From contig CAIYFF010000072.1 in the NCBI GenBank assembly GCA_903925435.1, forward strand, positions 1 to 27,986: 27,986 nucleotides of DNA, read 5' to 3'. This DNA comes from an uncultured Planctomycetota bacterium. GTDB taxonomy: Bacteria; Planctomycetota; UBA1135; UBA2386. The notes under the pieces were generated by a model. That model saw only the letters and a list, made by a program, of their open reading frames with translations. It had not been told where the DNA came from and did no database searches. This document shows, in pieces, positions 1 through 8,147 of the stretch (position 1 is its first letter; each line of letters begins with the position of its first letter). The position numbers were made by a program, and so were the translations under genes.

Positions 1-1
1 A

Positions 2-70
2 GCAACGGAACGCCCTGCCTGCGTGCTCGTCGGCTGCGGCGCCGACGTGATCCGCTACCGCGCGCGCTGA
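2..70 (+). CDS. Possible 3' end of a gene entering from the left edge (ATERPACVLVGCGADVIRYRAR*)
   Basis: Frame from position 2 is open with G/C-ending codons (gtg ctc gtc ggc tgc ggc gcc gac gtg atc cgc tac) to TGA at 68-70. It would overlap the convergent epimerase end by 16 bp. Too short to identify. Confidence 0.35.
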   Translation, partial: ATERPACVLVGCGADVIRYRAR

Positions 71-963
71 GGCGCGAGCGCCGCACGCAACGCGTCGTCG
101 ACGTCTTCGTGCAAGAAGCGGAAGCCCGCTTCGAGCAATCGCCGCGGCATCGCGCGCTGGCTGCTCAGCAACACCGCGTCGGCCATCTCGCCAAACATCA
201 ATCGCAGAGCGAACGCGGGCACGGGCAACAACGCCGGACGATGCACCGCGCGGCCGAGCGCCTTGGTGAAGTCGCGGTTCGTGACGGGCTTTGGCGACAC
301 GCAGAGATAGGGGCCGCGCGCGGATTCGTTGGCGAGCAAGAACGCGATCGCAGCGCAAAGGTCAGAGAGCGCGACCCAACTCGTCCATTGCGCGCCGTTG
401 CCGATGGGGCCGCCGAGACCGAGCCGGAATGGCGGCAGCATCTTCTTGAGCGCGCCGCCGTCCTTGCCGAGCACCATGCCGATGCGCAAGTGGCACACGC
501 GAGCGCCGCGTTCTGCAAGCGGCTTGGTCGCGCGTTCCCATTCCTGCGCGACGTCGGCGAGGAAGCCTTGGCCCGCTTCGGAGCGTTCGTCGAGCAGCTC
601 GTCGCCGCGATCGCCGTAGATGCCCGTCGCCGACGCGCTGACCAGCACGGGCGGCCGTTCGAGTTGCGCGAGCGAGCGGCACAGCTTCTCGGTCGCGGGG
701 CCGCGGCTGTCGCGAATCGCCTGTTTGCGAGCCTTGGTCCAACGCCCCGCCGCGACGTTCTCGCCGGCGAGATGCACGACGGCGTCGAGCCCGCGCGCCG
801 CATCGAGATCGATGCGACCACTCGATGGGTCCCATGCGATCGCGTCTTTTGCGCCTGCGCCGCTGCGCACGAAGCGTCGCACGTCATGGCCAAGGCAGCG
901 CAAGTGCTCGCGCAACGCGGTGCCGACAAAGCCCGAGGCTCCGGTGATTGCGATCGTGGACAT
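55..963 (-). CDS. TIGR01777-family NAD-dependent epimerase/oxidoreductase (YfcH-like, C-terminal DUF1731-like region), 302 aa
   Basis: N-terminal Rossmann motif IAITGASGFVG; VVHLAGENV..RWT..RK..I.DSR; SASATGIYGDRG; W..WVALSD; P..VTN..F..ALG..HRP..LPVP.FAL....GEMA..LL.SQR..P..L...GF.F. Confidence 0.92.
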   Translation of the reverse strand: MSTIAITGASGFVGTALREHLRCLGHDVRRFVRSGAGAKDAIAWDPSSGRIDLDAARGLDAVVHLAGENVAAGRWTKARKQAIRDSRGPATEKLCRSLAQLERPPVLVSASATGIYGDRGDELLDERSEAGQGFLADVAQEWERATKPLAERGARVCHLRIGMVLGKDGGALKKMLPPFRLGLGGPIGNGAQWTSWVALSDLCAAIAFLLANESARGPYLCVSPKPVTNRDFTKALGRAVHRPALLPVPAFALRLMFGEMADAVLLSSQRAMPRRLLEAGFRFLHEDVDDALRAALAPQRAR

Positions 964-1084
964 AGTGGGGACTGGGATGATGCCAGAGGCGCTGTCGGGT
1001 CGATCCGTCTGCGTCTAAGAAGCAATGCAGCGGTGAAACGGAGCATGGAGCTCGTGGACGCGTTCGCGGTTGGCTCGGATGCGG

Positions 1085-1404
1085 ATGCGTGCGCCGCCTT
1101 CTCCGGATGTCTCGGCGCATGCGTGGCTGAGTCGGGTCTTCGGGACGAGGCTCGCTGGGAGCGCGAGCGCCTCCGGCTATGCCCCAGACTCTGCGGAGTA
1201 TTCGGTCTGCATCACGGGGCTGACATCGCGTTGCGTCGTGATGCAACCTGTGTGCACACGGCCTTCTGCGCGCGGAATGGAGCCATTCCGTTAGATAGGA
1301 GGACGCCGGGGAGTTGCTTGCGGAGAGTCTTCGCCCATGCGAACTTGGCAACGCTTCTACAGATCCGGCAGCGAGTAGAATTCGCCACAATGTGGCATCG
1401 ATGC
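1085..1404. repeat. Cluster of short inverted repeats/palindromes in the 964-1443 intergenic region
   Basis: 12-bp stem with two G-U pairs 1085-1096/1113-1124; TGCATCACG/CGTGATGCA 1208-1216/1237-1245; palindrome GTGTGCACAC 1250-1259; CGGAATGG-AG-CCATTCCG 1273-1290; TTCTAC/GTAGAA 1355-1360/1375-1380; GCCACA-A-TGTGGC 1384-1396; palindrome GCATCGATGC 1395-1404. Confidence 0.7.
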
Positions 1405-1443
1405 CGCGCGGACAGTGCTCGTGGCCCTTAGGATGGAAGTGCT

Positions 1444-2529
1444 GTGACGAAGGAGACCCCGGCGAACAAACCTGACCAGCGTGCACTGCGCGTCATCGCG
1501 TCGGTCGTCGGCGTCGTGTTCGCTGCGTTGCTGCTGGAGCTGGTGCTGCAGGTTGCGGCCTTGGTGATGCATCTGCGGAACTCCGATGTGCATGCCGCAG
1601 CGGGAGGAGATGGCACAGCGCGCGTGGTGCTATGCGTCGGTGACTCGTTCACGTTCGGTCTGCATGCGACGTCGCCCGCGTTCTCCTACCCTTCATTGGC
1701 GCAGTCGCTCGTCGCTGCGCGTGGTGGGGCGCCGACACAGTTCGTCAATCGAGGCGTGCCCGGCCAGTCGTCGCGCGACGTGTTGTTGCGGCTCGATGAC
1801 GATCTGGCGCGGCACCGGCCGGAGGTCGTCTACGTGCTCGTTGGCACGAATGACCACACGTTCCGTCCGACGTTGGTGAGGGCCGAAGAACTCGCATCAA
1901 CGCGGCCCCCGGGATTCGCATGGCGGGTGCGCACATGGCGTTTGCTGCAGTTGCTGACCAACTCCGGGTCCGAGGCCGATGCGCAGCGCGGGCTGCCGTT
2001 CGTCGGCGTGTGGCACGCCAATCAGGTCGAGTTCGAGTTCACGGCAGAGGGAGTGATGCGACTAGGCGACCAGCAGTGGACGTGGTCGCTTGCGCCCGAC
2101 GGCGGACTGCGCGTGCAGTTGCCGGACGGGAGGCAGCTGCCGATCGAGTGGCGTCTCGAAGGTCCGCGGCTCCACGTCGCATGCGCCCTATGGGATCCGC
2201 CGTTGCTGTTCGAGCCGGGACCGATGCCCGGCCCTGGCAACGCAGTGTTGCGGGAGCACCTTCGCCAGATCGTCGCCAAGGTCCGAGTGGCCGGGGCGCG
2301 CTGCGTCCTGCTGACGTATCCGGGCGGCGCGTTCGCGCGGCCCGGGCTCAATGACGAGCTCCGAGCGGCGGCGCGCGAGAACGGCTCGGAGCTGCTGGAC
2401 GTGGAGGCTCGGTTCGTCGAACTCGCGAAGGACGGCGACATCGCTCGCTACTACGTCGAGGACGGGCATTGCTCGGATCTCGGCAACGAGGAGATCGCGA
2501 AGCTGTGTGCGGCAGATGCGCAACGGTGA
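1444..2529 (+). CDS. Membrane-anchored SGNH/GDSL hydrolase-family protein, 361 aa
   Basis: N-terminal TM helix (VIASVVGVVFAALLLELVLQVAALV); block I VLCVGDSFTFG; block II NRGVPG; block III LVGTND; C-terminal EDGHCS. GTG start, with an in-frame TAG just upstream at 1429. Confidence 0.88.
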   Translation: MTKETPANKPDQRALRVIASVVGVVFAALLLELVLQVAALVMHLRNSDVHAAAGGDGTARVVLCVGDSFTFGLHATSPAFSYPSLAQSLVAARGGAPTQFVNRGVPGQSSRDVLLRLDDDLARHRPEVVYVLVGTNDHTFRPTLVRAEELASTRPPGFAWRVRTWRLLQLLTNSGSEADAQRGLPFVGVWHANQVEFEFTAEGVMRLGDQQWTWSLAPDGGLRVQLPDGRQLPIEWRLEGPRLHVACALWDPPLLFEPGPMPGPGNAVLREHLRQIVAKVRVAGARCVLLTYPGGAFARPGLNDELRAAARENGSELLDVEARFVELAKDGDIARYYVEDGHCSDLGNEEIAKLCAADAQR

Positions 2530-2569
2530 ATAGAGCCGCATGGCCTGAGCCTCGTCCTGTTCGCGCTGC

Positions 2570-3787
2570 GTGGCTACTGTGCGCCGCGTGACCTCGGCCT
2601 CCGAATCGTCGATTCCGCCCGCCTTCCGCAAAACGGCGTCGCGCCGTGCGCACCTCGACCAAGGCAATCTGCTGCGATCGCTGACGCTCGTCATCAACAA
2701 GGTGCCGGGCGGCATCAACCTCGGGCAGGGCGTGTGCGATCTCGATTCGCCAAAGCCGCTGCTCGACGGCGCGAAGCGCTGCATCGATGGCGGCGATCGT
2801 CAGCTCTACACGCCGTATGCGGGCCTGCCGGAGTTGCGCGCCGCGATCGCGAGCAAGCTGCGCAGGCACAACGGACTCGACTACGGGCCCGAGAACGTCG
2901 CGGTCACGACGGGCTCATCGGGCGCGTTCTTCGCGGCGGGAATGACGCTGCTCGATCCGGGCTCGGAAGTGATCCTGTTCGAGCCGTTCTATAGCTACCA
3001 CTGGTCGACCACTCCGTTGTTCGGCGCCGTGCCAGTGGCTGTGGCTCTCGATCGCGACACGCTCGCATTCGATGAAGCAGCATTCCGCAAGGCGTTGACG
3101 CCGAAGACGCGCGCGGTGGTCGTCAACACGCCGGGCAATCCATCGGGCAAGGTGTGGAGCCGAGCCGAACTGCAGCGACTCGGCGAGATCCTCGACGGCA
3201 CGGACGTGATCGTGCTGACGGACGAGGTCTACGAATACATGTGCTTCGACGGTCGCCGCCACGTGTCGCCGGCGAGCGTCGCGTCGCTGAAGGACCGCAC
3301 GCTGACGATGAACTCGTTCAGCAAGACGTACTCGATCACGGGATGGCGCATCGGCTTCCTCGCGGGCCCGGCGGCGATCGTCGAGAAGTGCGGCATCGTC
3401 TTCGACCAGATCGAAGTGTGCGCGTCGCGACCGATGCAGCGCGGTGTGCAAGCGGCGCTCGAGCAGTTGCCGGACTCGTTCTACGACGACTTGCAGCGCA
3501 GCTACGAGAAGAAGCGAGATGTGTTCTGCGCCGCGTTGCGCGACGCGGGCTTCCGCTTCCAGAAGCCAGAAGGCGCCTACTACGTGCTCGCCGACTACGG
3601 CGACGTGTTGGGCAATCTGGAGCCTCATCCCGCCGTGCTGCAGATGATCGAGCGCATCCAGATCAACGCGGTGCCCGGGCACCTGTTCTATGGCGAGCCA
3701 AAGGGAGTGCGGTCGATGCGATTCCAGTTCGCGGTGGAGATGCCGGTGCTCGAAGAAGCGTGCAAGCGCTTGAGGAGTCTGCGGTGA
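2570..3787 (+). CDS. PLP-dependent aminotransferase class I/II (start may be GTG 2588)
   Basis: INLGQG, YTPYAGLPELR, NTPGNPSGKV, DEVYE, PLP-lysine motif SFSKTYSITGWRIG, PEGAYY. Confidence 0.93.
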   Translation: MATVRRVTSASESSIPPAFRKTASRRAHLDQGNLLRSLTLVINKVPGGINLGQGVCDLDSPKPLLDGAKRCIDGGDRQLYTPYAGLPELRAAIASKLRRHNGLDYGPENVAVTTGSSGAFFAAGMTLLDPGSEVILFEPFYSYHWSTTPLFGAVPVAVALDRDTLAFDEAAFRKALTPKTRAVVVNTPGNPSGKVWSRAELQRLGEILDGTDVIVLTDEVYEYMCFDGRRHVSPASVASLKDRTLTMNSFSKTYSITGWRIGFLAGPAAIVEKCGIVFDQIEVCASRPMQRGVQAALEQLPDSFYDDLQRSYEKKRDVFCAALRDAGFRFQKPEGAYYVLADYGDVLGNLEPHPAVLQMIERIQINAVPGHLFYGEPKGVRSMRFQFAVEMPVLEEACKRLRSLR

Positions 3788-6258
3788 TGGCGCTGTCTCG
3801 TTGGGAGTTCGCGATTGCATTGTGTGTCGCCAACGCTTGCGCATCGCTCGCGATGGCGCAGGGGCCAGAGCCTGATGCGGGACTGGTTGCGCTTCACCAA
3901 GCGAGGCTCGACGCAGTGACGAGCGGCGTCGTGCTCAACATCGCGGCCCATCCCGACGACGAAGCGTCGCGCACCAACACGATCCTGCGGCGCAAGCACG
4001 CTCTCCGCGTCGTGACTGCGTATTCGACGTATGGCGACGGTGGGCAGAACGCGATCGGCAAGGAGATCGGCCCCGAGCTCGCGCAGTTGCGCGTGCGCGA
4101 GACGCTCGCGGCCGCCGCGATGATGGACTTCGAAGTGCGCTGGCTCGGCATGCGCGACTTCGGGTTCTCCAAGTCGCTCGACGAGACGCTCGCGGTGTGG
4201 GGCAAGGACGCGCTGCTTGATGCGATGCGCAAGGTCGTCGATGAAGTCGATCCCGACTTCGTCGTGACCAACCACGATCTTGTGCACGGCCACGGCCATC
4301 ACCGCGCGTCGTTCTGGGCGATCTCCGAGGTGATCGAAGAGCGCCGCAAGGCAGGCAAGCACGCGCCTGCGTTGTATTCGCGTTGCAGCCTCGAAGAAGC
4401 GCAGTGGACCGTCGATCCAGGCGAGTTGGATCCTGTCCGCGGCGAGACCTACGCGCGGCTCGCGCATCGCGCGTGGACGCAGCACGTGACGCAGGGGCCG
4501 TGGAGCGGGCACGAGCCGCTGCAGGTGGGCAAGGACTACTGGAAGCTCATGCTGCCTGCGGGCGCGCCGAAGGACGTCGCCGCGCAGCCGTTGTCGTTCG
4601 TCCGGCCGCGCTTTGCGCGCGCTGCGGAGAGTCTCGCAACGGAGATCGGCGGCGTGATGCTGGACAGCCCCATTGCGTCGGTGGAGGCGAGGGCAGCCAC
4701 TGCGCTGCGCAAGCTGCGCGAATGGGCGAAGCCGCTCGACTTCTACACGGGCATCCATCCGCAACTCGAAGTGAAGGACGAGTCGAAGCGCCGCATCGAT
4801 GCGTTGCAGCGCGTGTTGCTCAGCGAGGCTGGCGTGCGCGTCGAAGCGTGGCTCGAGGAGTCGGAGGTGCCGCGCGGCGGCGAAGGCAAGGCGTATGTGG
4901 TCGTGCACGGCATGGAGCGCGTGCAAAACCTCGTGGTCCGTTGCGGCGACAAGGACGCGGAGCCGGTCGCGCCGCGCATTCGCAGCACGTTCTTTGACGC
5001 GATGCCCGCTGTGCCCGTTGGCGCGACGCCTGCGGATCTTGGTATCGGCAACGGCGCGACGCCCGCGAAGGGCGCTGCGCCTGCAGTGCCGGCGCCGCCG
5101 CCGATTCCTGTCCCTGGTCGGCTCGCGCTTTCGTTCCTCAACGCGAAGCCCATCGCGCGCGCGCCGGAGGTGGACATGGTGACGATCGACGTGGCGTTCG
5201 ACCTCGTCGGCGTCGAGGCTCCGATGGAGCCTGGCATCCACTACCTCACCGCGCCGACGCAAACGGTGCGCATCGAGATGCAGCGCAAGCTCGCGTTCTC
5301 GACCGTCGAGCCCGTGGAAGTCACGTGGGATCGCGAGGTCGTGCTCGCGCCCAATGACCGCGCATCCGAACGCATCTTCAGCGCCAGCGTGCGCAGCAAG
5401 CTCTCGGAAGGTCTCGCCGAACCGATCCGCGTCGTGACAGGCGCCGGCATTCGCGCGGAAGCGATTCCGAGCCGAGTGTCGCTGTCGAAGGACCACGCAG
5501 AGGCGCGAGTTCTCGTTCGCGCGTCGATCGACGGCGCCGCGCTGTCGAGCGATCCTGCGATTCGGCTCGAAGTCGGCGGCCAGAAGGCGTCGCTGCGCAT
5601 CGTGCCGGTCGAAGTGTTCGTTCCTCCCGGTTTGCGCATCGGCCTCGTGCGCGGCCCCGACGACACGATCGAGCGCACGCTCGCCGATCTCGGCATCGCG
5701 TACTCGCAACTCGATCGCGATGCGCTCGCGACCGCGAGGCTCGACGAGTTCTCGGCGCTGTTGCTCGACATGCGCAGCTACCACCACGTGCCTGAGCTTG
5801 CCGAGCACAAGGATCGCATCCTGCAGTACTGCCGCGCGGGTGGCCGCGTCGTCGCGATGTACCACAAGCCTGGCGAATGGAACGAGCGCGCAGGGCATCC
5901 TTTGCTCGCGCCGTTTGCGCTGACGGTCGGCAACGATCGCTGCACGGAAGAAGACAGCGCGGTCGTGATGCTGCAGCCGCAACATTCGATCTGGACCAAG
6001 CCGCACGCGATCACGATGCAGGACTTCGAAGGTTGGACCCAAGAGCGCGGCCTCAACTTCCCCAGCAAGTGGGACACGGCGTGGACGCCGCTGCTGGAGA
6101 CGAAGGACCGGGCGGACGAGAAGGCGAGCCAAGGCGCATTGCTGCACACGCAGTATGGCCGCGGCGACTTCGTCTATTGCTCGCTCGCGCTGTATCGCCA
6201 ATTGCGCAACGGCCACGCGGGCTCAGCGCGCATTTTGGTCAACCTGCTCGCGCGGTGA
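3787..6258 (+). CDS. Secreted PIG-L/LmbE-family deacetylase with beta-rich middle domains and C-terminal class I glutamine-amidotransferase-like domain, 823 aa
   Basis: ATG overlaps the upstream TGA (TGATG, 3785-3789); signal peptide MALSRWEFAIALCVANACASLAMA-Q; AAHPDDE, GDGGQNAIG, DFGFSKS and HGHHR motifs; C-terminal F.GW.QERGL.FP..WD and SLALYRQL..G..G..RI..NLL typical of long LmbE-like proteins. Confidence 0.88.
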   Translation: MALSRWEFAIALCVANACASLAMAQGPEPDAGLVALHQARLDAVTSGVVLNIAAHPDDEASRTNTILRRKHALRVVTAYSTYGDGGQNAIGKEIGPELAQLRVRETLAAAAMMDFEVRWLGMRDFGFSKSLDETLAVWGKDALLDAMRKVVDEVDPDFVVTNHDLVHGHGHHRASFWAISEVIEERRKAGKHAPALYSRCSLEEAQWTVDPGELDPVRGETYARLAHRAWTQHVTQGPWSGHEPLQVGKDYWKLMLPAGAPKDVAAQPLSFVRPRFARAAESLATEIGGVMLDSPIASVEARAATALRKLREWAKPLDFYTGIHPQLEVKDESKRRIDALQRVLLSEAGVRVEAWLEESEVPRGGEGKAYVVVHGMERVQNLVVRCGDKDAEPVAPRIRSTFFDAMPAVPVGATPADLGIGNGATPAKGAAPAVPAPPPIPVPGRLALSFLNAKPIARAPEVDMVTIDVAFDLVGVEAPMEPGIHYLTAPTQTVRIEMQRKLAFSTVEPVEVTWDREVVLAPNDRASERIFSASVRSKLSEGLAEPIRVVTGAGIRAEAIPSRVSLSKDHAEARVLVRASIDGAALSSDPAIRLEVGGQKASLRIVPVEVFVPPGLRIGLVRGPDDTIERTLADLGIAYSQLDRDALATARLDEFSALLLDMRSYHHVPELAEHKDRILQYCRAGGRVVAMYHKPGEWNERAGHPLLAPFALTVGNDRCTEEDSAVVMLQPQHSIWTKPHAITMQDFEGWTQERGLNFPSKWDTAWTPLLETKDRADEKASQGALLHTQYGRGDFVYCSLALYRQLRNGHAGSARILVNLLAR

Positions 6259-6264
6259 GCGAGC

Positions 6265-7593
6265 TCACAGTCGCTGCGTGACGCAGCCCGTTGCGCGCGC
6301 TTCGAACGGCGTCGCGGCAAGGTCGACGACGAAGCCTTGCCACGTGACGTCGACAGCGCCGTAGCTGCGCAAGAACGCGCGCGTGGCGGTGCTCATCGGG
6401 ACCATCGCTTGGAAGCGACCGAACGCGTTGGTGGTGCCGAAGAACGTGATGCCGTTCGGATCCGCGAGATCGACGCAGACGTTGCCGCCGCTGCCGGGTG
6501 CGCCAAATCCTGGGATCTGCGCCACGGGCTGCGAGCCGTCCGCATTGCTGCCGCCGAGGAGCGGCCCGAAGGACAGCCGCGCGAGCGCGATCGCGTTGGG
6601 GCGCTGGCCGTCGGTGATCAAGAAGCCGATGTCGTCAGCTCGCGCGAACGACGATGGCGGCGGCGGAATCAGCGCGGTTGCGTCGTGCAGGTCTGGGTGC
6701 AGCCCCGACAGCATGTTCGTCGTGCCGCCGAGTGGAACGCGCGCCGTTGGGCTCGGCGACGTCAGCGCGCGGCTCGTTGCGTAGTAGAGCTGGTTGGTCT
6801 GCGTGACGGCGACGCCGCCTGGCGCATACGTCAGCACGTCGAGGTCGAGTTGGCGGTAGTCGCCGCGGCGCCCGGCAATGCCGGGGAATAGCGCAGCCGC
6901 GCCAGTCGGCAGTGGGAACGCGCCGCCGGTGGTTGCGACCGTGCACACGAGGTTGGGCGGCAACGGGCTCGCGGGCAGGCGCGGGCCCACGACGTCGCGC
7001 GGCGTCGCGGCGGTCACGTTGGGCATGAAGTCCGCGGTGATGCGACAGCCGAGGCCTTCGTTGGGCCATGTGCCCGCTTGCAGGCCAATGCCGAGATAGA
7101 GGTCGTCGTCGGTCGGCCCGTGCGATGCGCCAAAGCGCGCGGGAGTGGGCGGTGGATTGATGCCGACGAGCAGCGTGTGGACTGCAGGCCCCGTCGATGC
7201 GTTGGGCGGCGTGTTGATGCGACCGGTGCGAAACCAGACGCCGGCGCCGTTGCTGCGCACATCGGGCCGCCCCGGTTGCAGCGGATCGTCGAGATAGCCG
7301 ACCAGCGTGTACTGCTCTGGCGTGAAGCCGACTTGGTCTTGCACGACGACGCGCAGTCCGACGATGCGGCGCGCTTGCCCCGTGGGATCCGCGGGATCCA
7401 CGAACGCGTGGCGATAGTGGCGGCCCGAGAACACCTGCAGCAGATCGACGTTGGTCGTGTCTGCGCCGCCGCGATCGGTGTAGGACGTCTCGAAGCCCGC
7501 GGTGAAGCCGAGGAAGTGCGCGGCTTGCGCGGTGGCGGTGTGTGCGCCGCACGCAATCGCGCACAGCAGCAACGCGACTGCGCGCGGATTCAC
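6265..7593 (-). CDS. Secreted hypothetical protein, paralog B (442 aa)
   Basis: GTG start overlapping the upstream TGA (GTGA 7590-7593); signal peptide MNPRAVALLLCAIACGAHTATA-Q; collinear along its whole length with the 8128-9453 product. Confidence 0.88.
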   Translation of the reverse strand: MNPRAVALLLCAIACGAHTATAQAAHFLGFTAGFETSYTDRGGADTTNVDLLQVFSGRHYRHAFVDPADPTGQARRIVGLRVVVQDQVGFTPEQYTLVGYLDDPLQPGRPDVRSNGAGVWFRTGRINTPPNASTGPAVHTLLVGINPPPTPARFGASHGPTDDDLYLGIGLQAGTWPNEGLGCRITADFMPNVTAATPRDVVGPRLPASPLPPNLVCTVATTGGAFPLPTGAAALFPGIAGRRGDYRQLDLDVLTYAPGGVAVTQTNQLYYATSRALTSPSPTARVPLGGTTNMLSGLHPDLHDATALIPPPPSSFARADDIGFLITDGQRPNAIALARLSFGPLLGGSNADGSQPVAQIPGFGAPGSGGNVCVDLADPNGITFFGTTNAFGRFQAMVPMSTATRAFLRSYGAVDVTWQGFVVDLAATPFEARATGCVTQRL

Positions 7594-8147
7594 CGGCGCG
7601 CGCCTTGCTGTTGCTGCGCCTTCTCGCGTTCGGCGATCGCTTCGTCGGCCGTCTGCGCCGGCGAGCCCTTGCCTTCGCGCGCGAGGATCGGCGTCGCCTG
7701 CGGCACGCCGTTCATGTCGACCATCTTGACCGTGGTCCACGCGCCATCTTGATGCTTCCACCACCACCAACCGTTGTGGAAGACCTTGTCCACGATCGGC
7801 GAGTAGGGTTGCTCGTCCCACATCAGCGCGATGTCGTCCGTGACATCGTTGATCGCTTCGATGGTGGAGCCATCAGGCAACGTGACCTTGCCGGGGCGCG
7901 CGCCGTTCGTGAGCGTGAAGGCGCTCGCGGGCTTCTGCGTCGCGGCCGCGGCCTCGGACGGCTTCGCAGGCGGCGTGGCCTGCGCAGGAGCAGGGGCTTC
8001 CTGCGCAGGGGGCACGGGTGTCGCGTCCGGTTGCGCGGGCGCGACCACCTCGCGGCTCATCACCAGATAGATGGCGACCGCCGCGCCCGCGGTGACAAGC
8101 ATCGCGAGCGGGTAGATGGCCTTTCGATCAGAGGTGCTGGATGACAC
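7590..8147 (-). CDS. Small membrane-anchored hypothetical protein (TM helix, Pro/Ala linker, WWWW-containing domain), 185 aa; alternative start ATG 8102
   Basis: Hydrophobic helix LAMLVTAGAAVAIYLVM; PAQ-rich linker; good codon bias; overlaps both neighbours. Confidence 0.82.
   Translation of the reverse strand: MSSSTSDRKAIYPLAMLVTAGAAVAIYLVMSREVVAPAQPDATPVPPAQEAPAPAQATPPAKPSEAAAATQKPASAFTLTNGARPGKVTLPDGSTIEAINDVTDDIALMWDEQPYSPIVDKVFHNGWWWWKHQDGAWTTVKMVDMNGVPQATPILAREGKGSPAQTADEAIAEREKAQQQQGARR

Noticed and set aside
1216-1223. GGGGCTGA resembling the tmRNA 5' end
   Set aside because: Not followed by the GATTCGAC-type motif, and no matching T-arm or acceptor CCA 3' end is visible.
2540-2548. 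Minimal ORF ATG-GCC-TGA just upstream of the aminotransferase
   Set aside because: A two-codon ORF with no SD is expected by chance; nothing supports a leader-peptide role.
3154-3786. N-terminal extension of the 1034-aa ORF call
   Set aside because: It overlaps the aminotransferase out of frame. The real start is ATG 3787 (TGATG overlap, signal peptide follows). The same artefact affects the ORF calls 6265-7821, 8128-9564, 17089-18411, 18173-19225, 23167-24654 and 25467-27485.
3688-6216. 842-aa minus-strand ORF, and similar long antisense or alternative-frame ORFs (109-1431, 8116-9828, 12797-14620, 14905-17016, 19018-21129, 25251-27179)
   Set aside because: They lie opposite or within genes with clear family motifs, are Arg/Ala/His-rich with no recognisable motif, and are the expected shadow ORFs of high-GC coding DNA.
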